Shown here piece after piece: positions 42,185-51,100 of a stretch of 64,000 nucleotides of DNA. Under the pieces are notes generated by a model, which worked only from the letters and a program-made list of their open reading frames with translations, had not been told where the DNA came from and ran no database searches. Each line of letters starts with the position of its first letter. Within the stretch, counting starts at the first letter, position 1. The translations under genes were made by a program, and so were the position numbers. Source of the stretch: Myxococcota bacterium (GTDB taxonomy: Bacteria; Myxococcota_A; UBA796; SXON01); contig JAZKFH010000012.1 in the NCBI GenBank assembly GCA_040386535.1, forward strand, positions 32,001-96,000. Reading direction: 5' to 3'.

Positions 42185-43127
42185 GGGCCTCGCGCCGGAG
42201 CCCGTCGGCGTGCTCGCGCCGTCGATCGTCCCGTCGATCGTGAGCCTGCTGAACGGCGTCGCCGAGTGGCGGGCGCGCACCGCGGGCGAGCTGGACGGGG
42301 CCCTCGCGGCCATCGCCGACGAGGAGCGGGCGGTCCGCCGCCGAATCGAAGACGCGAACCGGCAGGCCGCGGCGCTCGGATCCGTCCGGCGCGAGCAGGA
42401 GGAGCGTCTGGTCGAGCTCGACGAGGAGACCCTCCGTCGCAAGCGGACAGGCATTCGACAAGCCCTGAAGGTCGATCGCGCGCTGATGGAAGAGCGCGCC
42501 GACTCGCTCCTTCGTTGGCGCCAGGGCCACGATGACGCCCTCGGCGCCGGGCTCGACGCGCCGGACATGGCCGAGGCGATGAACGAGTACCTCGACGCGC
42601 AGGACCGCACCGCGGGTGTCCACGGGAGCCTCCTGGCGTCGCCCGAGGAGCTGGTGACCCCCCTCGCGCGCGCCCGGCTCGATCCCTATCTGCGCGCCGC
42701 CGCGACCGCTCCGCCGCCCCTCGCGGCGCCACGGGCCGGCGTGGGGGTCGTCGTGTCCGTCGATCCACCGGAGGGCCGCCCCGAGGCGCTCCTGATCGTG
42801 CTCCCCGTGCCCTGGGCAGTGTATGCCGAGGCGATCCTGCGGGAGGAGGACCTCTGCACGTTGCTCGCGTACCGGATGGTCGCCGCGCTCCACGTGCTGC
42901 TCGCCGAGGTGGGCGCGCCCGAGGCGCTCGTACGCTTCGCGGACCTGCAGGGCAGCCTCGCGATCCAGGTCTGGCTGGGCGATACCCCCGTCGTCATCGA
43001 CCTCCGCGAGCGCGTGATGGAGGCCGTGGCGGCGGCGGTCGAGGGGGCGCCGGAGCTCCAGGCGGCGGCGCTCGAGGTCAACCCGGTGTGGCTCACCCCC
43101 GATCTGCTCGTAGAGGCGACGCCATGA
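42177..43127 (+). CDS. Hypothetical protein with N-terminal coiled coil
   Basis: E/R/A heptad-rich N-half; overlaps both neighbours. Confidence 0.65.
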   Translation: MNRGLAPEPVGVLAPSIVPSIVSLLNGVAEWRARTAGELDGALAAIADEERAVRRRIEDANRQAAALGSVRREQEERLVELDEETLRRKRTGIRQALKVDRALMEERADSLLRWRQGHDDALGAGLDAPDMAEAMNEYLDAQDRTAGVHGSLLASPEELVTPLARARLDPYLRAAATAPPPLAAPRAGVGVVVSVDPPEGRPEALLIVLPVPWAVYAEAILREEDLCTLLAYRMVAALHVLLAEVGAPEALVRFADLQGSLAIQVWLGDTPVVIDLRERVMEAVAAAVEGAPELQAAALEVNPVWLTPDLLVEATP

Positions 43128-43609
43128 GCTTCGGCCTGGACACGTTGCGGCCGTGGAGCGTCATGCGCGTGGCGGACGCCCTGGATCTGCACCCGTTCGA
43201 GGTGATCCGCATCCTCGCCACGGACGGCACCCTCCCCCGTGATCTGCGCCTGCGGCCGCGGGATGCCGCCCGCGTCGTGGAGGCCGGCGGCCTCGAGGCG
43301 TGGTGGGGGGAGCTCGACCGGGAGATCTCGGGGCCGCTTCTCGTCCGCGCGCTCGCCACCCAGCTGCTGGATCGGCAGGTGGTGGAGCCCGCCTGGACCC
43401 GCGCCGACAACCTCTTCCGAGGGCTCGAGCCACTGGAACAGGGCGTGGTGCGACGTGCTGTCAACGCGTGGATACGCTCCGGTGCAATGGCCAGCCGGAT
43501 GTCCGCCCGTGGAATGGAGCTCTGTGTGCGGCCCGCGGCCGTGGCGGACCTCGCGGCGCTTGCCGAGACCGGGACCGGCGCCTACTCCGGGCTCCTGGAG
43601 GACGGATGA
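43124..43609 (+). CDS. Hypothetical protein with putative HTH and winged-helix-like segments
   Basis: SVMRVADALDLHPFEVIRIL; TRADNLFRGL...VRRAVNAWIRSG; ATGA overlaps on both sides. Confidence 0.6.
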   Translation: MSFGLDTLRPWSVMRVADALDLHPFEVIRILATDGTLPRDLRLRPRDAARVVEAGGLEAWWGELDREISGPLLVRALATQLLDRQVVEPAWTRADNLFRGLEPLEQGVVRRAVNAWIRSGAMASRMSARGMELCVRPAAVADLAALAETGTGAYSGLLEDG

Positions 43610-45192
43610 GCGAGCGGGGGCGATCGAGCCTGTTTGGACGGCCGGGCGCGCTGCTCGTGGAAGAGACCGCGCCGCGAATCGCGATGCCGTCTCCGCCGGT
43701 GCGCGGGCGCGCGCCGGAGGTGGAGCGCTTCGATCCCATCGTCGACGCGGGGGACGACGACGAGTCGCCTGCCGCGGGCCCGCTGCAGGTGTTCGTGGGC
43801 GCGTCCGGGGCCGAGCACACCTCTCCCGGGATGATGAACGCGAACGCGATGGACGAGCTGGGCGATGTCTTCGGGCGTCCCCCGCCCCCGTCCCGCATCG
43901 AGCGGGTGGAGCTCCCGGAGCCCCGCGTCGGCGTGTCCGCGCGCCCTGGCGTGGCGGTGCGCCCGCCGCCTGCCGCGCCCTCGAGCCCTCCGATCGTGCG
44001 CCAACGGAGCCAGGGGATCGCGACCGCCGCGACACGCGCGCGGAGCCCCACCGTTCCGATCGAGCCGCCGCTCGTCAACCCCTTCGCGGATGACGAGAAC
44101 ACGAACGTCGAGATCATGCCCATCGAGATCTTCGACACCCCGCGCGGGGCCACCGAGCGGCCGGCGAAGGTGCCGCCGTGGGACGAGCCGCGTGCCCGGC
44201 GGACCCACCCCTCCGAGATCTCGTTCCCCGGCAACGCGCGCATCCCCCCCCGTTCGTCCACGTTCGAGGGGCGCACCGGCGAGCCGACCAACCCGGGAGA
44301 GCTCTTCGTCCCGTTCGGCGAGATCTCGTCGCCGGGCAGGCCCGCCCCGGCGAGCTTGTCCGTCCCCGTCTCGGCGCCCCCCCTGTTCGCGACGCCCGCT
44401 CCCCTTTCGACGCCGCCGGGTCTGTCTACGTCGGCCGGCTTTGGTACCCCCGCGCCCGCGGCGGGGGCGCAGGCCCCCCGGCCCATGCCCACGGTGGCGC
44501 TCCTGGCTCGCCCGCCGGCGCCGCCGCCCCGACAGCGCCTCCGTCTCGGGCGGCCGAGCCGCCGCCAGGTCCTCGCCGTGGCCGCGGTGGTGGTGCTCCT
44601 CGCGGCCGGCGTCGGCGCGTGGCGCTGGGAGCATTCGAACCCAGGCGGCTTCGCCGCGTTGGGAGACCGTCTCACCACCCAGATCGCGACGATCCGTGCG
44701 CCCGCCCGCGTGGTGGATGCCGGCACCGCGCCCGTCGTCGGCGCCGCCGCTCCGGACCCGATCGCCTCGGGCGCCGAGCTGTCCGCCGCGCCCGCCGCGC
44801 CCGCCGCGGTCGTCTCGGCCGAGGTGCCGCCCGAAGTGCCGCCCGAAGTCGTCCCGGCCGAAGTCGTCGCGGTCGAGCCGACCCCGGTCGCGCCGGTCCC
44901 GGTGGCCCCGCCCGCGGCCGTGGTCCCTGTCGCCAAGGCCGGCGCCACCCCCCTCGAGGAGCGGCGCGGCGACTTCCAGACCGCCACCGGCTTCCTTCAG
45001 GTGCTGTGCAACAAGAAGGCGACCATCTACGTGGACAACGTGAAGATGGGCTCCACCGCGGACCACGCGTCCATCGAGCTCACCGCCGGGACCCACCGCG
45101 TCAAGGTGGTCGGCTCCAACGGGCGGAGCCGCACGATGGACGTGCGGATCGACGCCGGGCGCCCGCGCCAGGTTCAGCTCGACCTGCGCTGA
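43606..45192 (+). CDS. Pro-rich bitopic membrane protein with C-terminal PEGA domain
   Basis: Disordered Pro-rich N-terminus, TM VLAVAAVVVLLAAGVGAW, PEGA-like GFLQV...ATIYVD...IELTAGTHRVKV. Confidence 0.75.
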   Translation: MSERGRSSLFGRPGALLVEETAPRIAMPSPPVRGRAPEVERFDPIVDAGDDDESPAAGPLQVFVGASGAEHTSPGMMNANAMDELGDVFGRPPPPSRIERVELPEPRVGVSARPGVAVRPPPAAPSSPPIVRQRSQGIATAATRARSPTVPIEPPLVNPFADDENTNVEIMPIEIFDTPRGATERPAKVPPWDEPRARRTHPSEISFPGNARIPPRSSTFEGRTGEPTNPGELFVPFGEISSPGRPAPASLSVPVSAPPLFATPAPLSTPPGLSTSAGFGTPAPAAGAQAPRPMPTVALLARPPAPPPRQRLRLGRPSRRQVLAVAAVVVLLAAGVGAWRWEHSNPGGFAALGDRLTTQIATIRAPARVVDAGTAPVVGAAAPDPIASGAELSAAPAAPAAVVSAEVPPEVPPEVVPAEVVAVEPTPVAPVPVAPPAAVVPVAKAGATPLEERRGDFQTATGFLQVLCNKKATIYVDNVKMGSTADHASIELTAGTHRVKVVGSNGRSRTMDVRIDAGRPRQVQLDLR

Positions 45193-45196
45193 AGGA

Positions 45197-45889
45197 TCAG
45201 GCCGCCGGCGCGTTCCGGGCGGGGCGCGCCCCGAAGATCGCGGTGCCGACACGCACCAGCGTGGCGCCGTACCGCACGGCCACGGCGTAGTCGTGGCTCA
45301 TCCCCATGGAGAGCTCGTGCAAGGGGAGCCCCGCCGCGCGCCCGCGTGCCCCGAGGTCGGCCAGCGCCTCGAACCACGGCGCCGCGGCGTCGGGGGTGGC
45401 GACCGCGGGCGGGATGCACATGAGGCCCTGAAGCGAAACGCCCGGGATGCGTGTCATGGCCTCGGCCATCGCGAGCGCGTCCTTCGGCAGCACCCCGCTC
45501 TTCTGCGGCTCCTCGCCGATGTTGACGCCGAGGAGGATGCCGGTCGGGGAGCCACCCGAGCGCTTCCCGATCTCCTCCGCGAGGGCCACGTTGTCGACAT
45601 CGTGGACGAGCAGGGCGCGCCCGACGACGTACTTGACCTTGTTGCGCTGGAGCGCGCCGATGAAGTGCCACCGGATGGGCGGCGGCACGAGCTCCGCCTT
45701 GTCGCGCAGCTCCTGGGCGTAGTTCTCGCCGAAGTCGAGCTGGCCGGCCTCCCTCGCCTCGAGGATCGCCGCCACGGGCTGCACCTTGGACACGGCCACG
45801 AGGCGCACGGACTCCACCGGCCGACCGGCGGCCAGGGTCGCCTCACGCAGGGTGGCACGGACACGGTCGAGGTTCTCGGCGATGGTCAT
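45197..45889 (-). CDS. yggS: PLP homeostasis protein
   Basis: LVAVSK, FGENYAQE, WHFIGALQRNK, GLMCIPP, LSMGMSHDY, RVGTAIFG. Confidence 0.96.
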   Translation of the reverse strand: MTIAENLDRVRATLREATLAAGRPVESVRLVAVSKVQPVAAILEAREAGQLDFGENYAQELRDKAELVPPPIRWHFIGALQRNKVKYVVGRALLVHDVDNVALAEEIGKRSGGSPTGILLGVNIGEEPQKSGVLPKDALAMAEAMTRIPGVSLQGLMCIPPAVATPDAAAPWFEALADLGARGRAAGLPLHELSMGMSHDYAVAVRYGATLVRVGTAIFGARPARNAPAA

Positions 45890-46452
45890 GGAGCTCCGAA
45901 TCGCGCCAGCAGCGCGAGGGTCTCCCGCAAGGGGAGCCCGATCACGTTGGTGTAGCTGCCGCTCACGCGGTCAACCAGGGCGCCGCCGTGGCCCTGGATC
46001 CCGTAGCCGCCGGCCTTGTCGTAGGGCTCGCCCGTCGCGAGGTAGGTGGTGATGTCGCGCTCGGAGAGCTCGCGGAAGCGCACCTGTGTTGCGCAGATAC
46101 GCTCGTGGACGCGGGCGCCGACACGCAGCGCGACCGCGGTGTACACGGTGTGGGTGCGGCCCGAGAGGGTGGTGAGCAGGACGCGTGCCTCGTCGGGGCC
46201 TGCGGGCTTGCCGAGCACGGCGCCGTCCAGCGCGACCACGGTGTCCGCCGCGAGCACACGGTCGCCGACTACGGCCAGGGCCTTCTCGCGGGCGACACGG
46301 CGCGCGTAGGCCTTGGGGAGCTCGGCGGGAAGCACGCGCTCGTCGAGGTCGGCGGGGCGCACCTCGAACGTGACCCCGGCGGACTCGAGCAGAGCGCGCC
46401 GCCGAGGGGAGGCGCTGGCGAGGATCAACACGGGCCTGGTTCTCCGGGACAT
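45886..46452 (-). CDS. maf: Maf-family nucleotide pyrophosphatase
   Basis: LILASASPRRRALL, AADTVV, LGKP, LSGRTH, DKAGGYGIQG, GSYTNVIGLP. Confidence 0.95.
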   Translation of the reverse strand: MSRRTRPVLILASASPRRRALLESAGVTFEVRPADLDERVLPAELPKAYARRVAREKALAVVGDRVLAADTVVALDGAVLGKPAGPDEARVLLTTLSGRTHTVYTAVALRVGARVHERICATQVRFRELSERDITTYLATGEPYDKAGGYGIQGHGGALVDRVSGSYTNVIGLPLRETLALLARFGAP

Positions 46453-46476
46453 GCCGCGCTTCGGCGGCGAGCCCAT

Positions 46477-46968
46477 CTACCCCCGCCGCGCCTCCAGCGC
46501 ATCGCGATGCCGCAGACGGCTCTGTCGCCGCAGTTCGGCCTCCGCGTGCCGGCGCACGTCGTCCTCCGACTCCGAGAGGAGCCGCGGCACCGCGGCCGGC
46601 CGCCCGTCGACCAGCGACACGAACGTGGTGTACGCGCTGGCCGTGTGGGTGCGCTCGCCCGTGAGGGGATCCTCGCCCTCGACCCGCACGCCCACCTCGA
46701 CCGACCGGTTCCACGCGGCGTTCACGCAGGACCGGAAGATCGCGATGTGGCCGCGCTGGATCGGGTGCAGGAAGTGGAGCTCGTCGATCGAGACGGTGAC
46801 CACCTGGGTGCGACAGAAGCGCTGCGCCGAGATGGCCGCGCACATGTCGATCCACGCGGCCACCTGGCCCCCGAAGATGGTCCCGATGGCGTTCGTGTAC
46901 TGCGGGAGGACGAGCTGGGTCAGCTCCACCCGCGTGGCGCTGGCCGGAACGGGGGGGCGGTCGATCAC
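46477..46968 (-). CDS. Acyl-CoA thioesterase (hotdog fold)
   Basis: VLPQYTNAIGTIFGGQVAAWID, VVTVSID, SVEVGVRV, TFVSL; GTG start overlapping the upstream stop. Confidence 0.9.
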   Translation of the reverse strand: MIDRPPVPASATRVELTQLVLPQYTNAIGTIFGGQVAAWIDMCAAISAQRFCRTQVVTVSIDELHFLHPIQRGHIAIFRSCVNAAWNRSVEVGVRVEGEDPLTGERTHTASAYTTFVSLVDGRPAAVPRLLSESEDDVRRHAEAELRRQSRLRHRDALEARRG

Positions 46969-47456
46969 TTCTTGAACCAGGCGCTCACTTGAAGCGTGCC
47001 GCCGTAGGCGAGGCCCACCTTGCCCGTGAGCAGGTTCGACGCGCCGATGACGGGCACGATGTACATGCCGAAGCCCATGCCCTGCTTCATCTCGGCGCCC
47101 ATGCGCATCTGGGCGAGGGCCTGCCACCCCACGGAGCTGAACCCCGTGTCGGAGTGGATGGTGACGGAGCCGCCGGGCATGAGCACGCCCTCGACTTCCG
47201 GGGCCACCTTGCGCTTCATCGCGATGCCGGACACGTCGATGCCGACGTCGAGCATCCCGTTGGGGAGCTCGCCGATGAGGTCGAGGAGGTGCACCTGCAC
47301 CAGCACGCCCTTGGCGCGGTAGTCGAGCGAAGGCGCCATGACGCCGAGCGCGGCGCCGTCGTTGGTGGCGCCCATGGCGGCGGTCATGCCGAAGCCCGCG
47401 TGGGCGGGGGCGGAGGCGGCCAGGGCGAGGGCCAACAGGGCGATCAACTTCTTCAT
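46965..47456 (-). CDS. Hypothetical secreted protein, probable small outer-membrane beta-barrel
   Basis: MKKLIALLALALAASAPAHA signal; amphipathic strands; C-terminal LQVSAWF. Confidence 0.65.
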   Translation of the reverse strand: MKKLIALLALALAASAPAHAGFGMTAAMGATNDGAALGVMAPSLDYRAKGVLVQVHLLDLIGELPNGMLDVGIDVSGIAMKRKVAPEVEGVLMPGGSVTIHSDTGFSSVGWQALAQMRMGAEMKQGMGFGMYIVPVIGASNLLTGKVGLAYGGTLQVSAWFKK

Positions 47457-47565
47457 CAGCATCTCCAAGGTGCGCGCCTAACAGACCACGTCGGTCTTGA
47501 CAGGGCAAGCGGGCGGCGCCGCGATTGACGTTCGGCCGGGTTCGGTGACATTCGTGAACGCGCAA

Positions 47566-48150
47566 TCACAGGAACGGCACAGGCCCGGTCCGCACGATCG
47601 GCTCGGCGTTGGGGGTGGGTGGCGACGCCTGGAGCCCGTCGGGGCCCAGCCCGTCGGGGCCCATCCCGTCGAAGACCGCGAGCACGCCTCGCAGCACGCT
47701 ACCGTGCCCTACGACCAGGGTGGGGGTGCCGTCGTCCCAGTGGCGGAGGGCCGCGAGCGCGCGCCGCACTGCGGTCGCACGGCTCTCTCCACGCGGCGGG
47801 CCCTCGTGCCAGGGGAGCAGATATCGCTCGCGACGCCCATCGGCGGTGCACGCGGCGATGACCTCCCGTTGAAGCTCGCCCATGTGCCGCTCGCGCAGCT
47901 CACCGAGGGTGTGGATCGGGACCGCCCGCCCCGCGAGCGCGAGGCGGGCGGTCTGTCGGGCGCGGTCGAGGTCGCTGACCAGGCAGCGCCCGATCGGCAC
48001 CTCGAGGAGGGCGAGGCCGGCCGCGCGCGCCTGCTCCTCGCCCCGCGGGGTCAGCGCGACATCCTCCCACCCGGAGAACCAGCCCGCCGCATTGGCGACC
48101 GACTCTCCGTGGCGGAGGAAGATCCAGCGCGTGGCCCCGTGCCCTCCCAC
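47566..48150 (-). CDS. Histidine phosphatase (phosphoglycerate mutase family)
   Basis: RHGES, SDLDRARQT, LRERHMG, GES, VVGHGSVLR. Confidence 0.9.
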   Translation of the reverse strand: MGGHGATRWIFLRHGESVANAAGWFSGWEDVALTPRGEEQARAAGLALLEVPIGRCLVSDLDRARQTARLALAGRAVPIHTLGELRERHMGELQREVIAACTADGRRERYLLPWHEGPPRGESRATAVRRALAALRHWDDGTPTLVVGHGSVLRGVLAVFDGMGPDGLGPDGLQASPPTPNAEPIVRTGPVPFL

Positions 48151-51100
48151 TACTGCAGGACGGCCCGGATCTGCTGCTCACCGACGAGCAGCGAGGCCAC
48201 GTCGGGCGCGTCGCCCACGATCTGCTCGGTGATGCGCGCGACCTCCCGGATGTTCCCGTTGGCGAGGGCCTCGGCCGCGCGGTCGGTGCCGAGCTTGAGC
48301 TCGTCCCCGATGGTCGTGCGCACCGCGAGATCGCGGAGCAACGCGAGGTAGCGCAGGCGCAGGATGCCCAGCGCCACCGGATCCCAGCGGCCCACGCCGC
48401 GCCGCGCGCTGATGGAGCGCAGGCTCGGGAGGAGCTTGCTCGCGTGCCCGACGGCCTGGTAGCGGCTGGCGGTCTCGAGGATGCTCTCCCCGCGGGCCGT
48501 CGCCACCGCGCACACCTCGCTCGCGATGGCGGCGTTGGACGCGTTCACGATCCGCTCGGCCGTGTCGTGCGCGATGCCCTTGGACACGAGCCGCGCCACG
48601 CTCGCGGCGAAGCTGGCGCTGTCCGAGGCGTCCCGGGTCTCGGCGATGGCCCCGAGGGCCTCCCGGAACAGGGTCGGGTTCTCGCCCGCCGCGCCCGCGC
48701 TGCCCGGCGCGAGCCAGCTCGCCACCAGCTCGGCGACCCCCTGCGTGTAGAGGTTCCACGCGAGGTAGGCGCCTTCGGGGTTGGACTTCTCCGCCAGGAG
48801 CGTCGCCTTGAGGGCGTGCCCGCCGGTCAGATCCATCGCCGCGATCCACGCCCCGGCCACCCGGCCTGCGCTCGCGCCGGTCAGGTCGAGCATGAGCGGG
48901 AAGAACGCCGCGCCGGCGTCCGTCGCCACCTGGGTCAGCACCATCGTCATGCCGATGGCCTTGGCGAGCATGTGCTTCGACAGGTCGGCCGCGAAGCGCT
49001 CCCGCACCGCGGTGGGGAAGTAGTCGCGCAGGATCTCGTCGAACCGGGGGATGAGCGCCGTGTCGTCCGCCATGAGCAGCTTGAACACGTGCATCTTCAC
49101 GTGGGCCTGGAGCACCGCGAGCTCCGGGCGGGTCAGCCCGGTGCCGATCGAGGCGCGCCGCTTCAGATCGTCGTCCGTGGGGAGGACGAGGAACTGACGC
49201 GACACGTTGCCCCGGTTGGCGACCCAGTCGATCGCCCGGCCGTACGGGAACGGATCGGCGCTGGAGCGCAGCACGTCGAGCGAGATGAGGCGCCCGTTCG
49301 CGTTGCAGTCCACCAGCACCGCCGCCGCGACCTCGTCCGTGAGGGTGCGGAGGAAGTCGTTCCGCTCGGTCTCGGAGAACCGACCCGCCGCGACCATGGG
49401 GTTCAAGAGGATCTTGAGGTTGACCTCGTGGTCGGAGCAGTCGACGCCGCCGGAGTTGTCGACGAAGTCCGTGTTGAGCCGCCCGCCGGCCAGCGCGTAC
49501 TCGATGCGGGCGGCCTGGGTGAGGCCGAGGTTCCCGCCCTCGCCGATCATCTTCGCCTTGAGCTCCTGCGCGGTGATGCGCAGCTCGTCGTTCGGCGGAT
49601 CGTTGGCGTCCGCGTTGGTCTCCCAGGAGGCGCGCACGTACGTGCCGATGCCGCCGTTCCAGAACAGGTCGACCGGCATCTTGAGGATGAGGGTGACGAC
49701 CTGGTCGGGGGTGAGCTCCTCGGCGAGGGTGCCGAGGATGGCGCGGGCCTCGACCGACAGCGGCACGGTCTTCGCGCGGCGATCGAACACGCCGCCGCCG
49801 ACGGAGATCTTCGACTTGTCGTAGTGATCCCAGCCCTTCACGTCGTTGAAGAGGCGGAGGCGCTCCTCGAAGGAGGAGTCCGGGTCCGGGTTCGGATCGA
49901 GGAAGATGTGGACGTGGTTGAACGCCGCGAGCAGGCGCATCTTGCGCGTCTCGATCACGCCGTTGCCGAACACGTCCCCACCACAGTCGCCGACGCCGGC
50001 GCAGGTGAACAGGTCCCGATCGGCGTCGAGCCCGAGCTCGCGGAAGTGCCGCTTCACCAGGACCCAGCCGCCGCGGGCGGTGATGCCGACGACCTTGTGG
50101 TCGTAGCCGTTCGACCCGCCGGACGCGAAGGCGTCCCCCAGCCAGAAGCCGTACTCCTTGCTGATCCGGTTCGCGGTGTCGGACAGGTGCGCGGTGCCCT
50201 TGTCGGCCGCGACCACGAGGTACGGATCGTCCCCGTCGAGCGCGACCACGCGCGGGGGCCGGACCACGGCGCCGTCGACGATGTTGTCGGTCACGTCGAG
50301 CATGCCGCGCATGAGGAACTGGTAGAGCTCGTCGCCCTTGCGACGGCGCTCGGCCGCGTCCGCGATCGTGTACTTGATGTAGAAGCCGCCCTTGCTGCCT
50401 TCCGGCACGATGACGACGTTCTTGACCATCTGCGTGGTGACGAGCCCGAGGATCTCGGTGCGGAAGTCCGCGCGGTCCGAGAACCGGATGCCGCCGCGCG
50501 CGATCGGCCCGCCGCGCAGATGCACACCCTCGACCTCGCGATGGTGGACGTAGATCTCCACCATCATCTTGGGGAGGGGGAGGTCCTTCGCCTTCGCGTG
50601 GTCGATCTTGACGCTGATGTAGTGGGCGACCCGATCGGTGCGGTAGAAGTTCGTGCGCAACGTGGAGTCCACGAGGTTCACGAGGCGACGCATGACGAAG
50701 TCTTCGTCGTTCGTCTTGATCTCGAGGAGCAGATCCTTGAGGTGCTCCTCGGCCTCGGCCACGACGGCCGCGCGGTCGCCGACGAGGTCCGGATCGAACT
50801 TCGCGTGGAACAGGCGGATGATCGCGGCGACCACGGGGGCCTGGTTGAGCAGGATCTCCTGCACGCGCACCATCGGGTGGCGCAGGCCGATCTGGCGCGC
50901 GTAGCCGAAGTAGGCGCGGACGAGATCGACCTCTTCCCACGTCAGCCCGGCGCGCAGGACGAGGCGGTTGTAGGGGTCGGACCCGAGGTGCTTCTGGAAC
51001 ACGGCTTCGAGGCCGGACACGAGGCGATCCGCGCGGGCGAGCAGCTCCTCGCGCGTGATGCCGGGCACCGACGCGATGCGGAACGTGTCGACGTGCTGGG

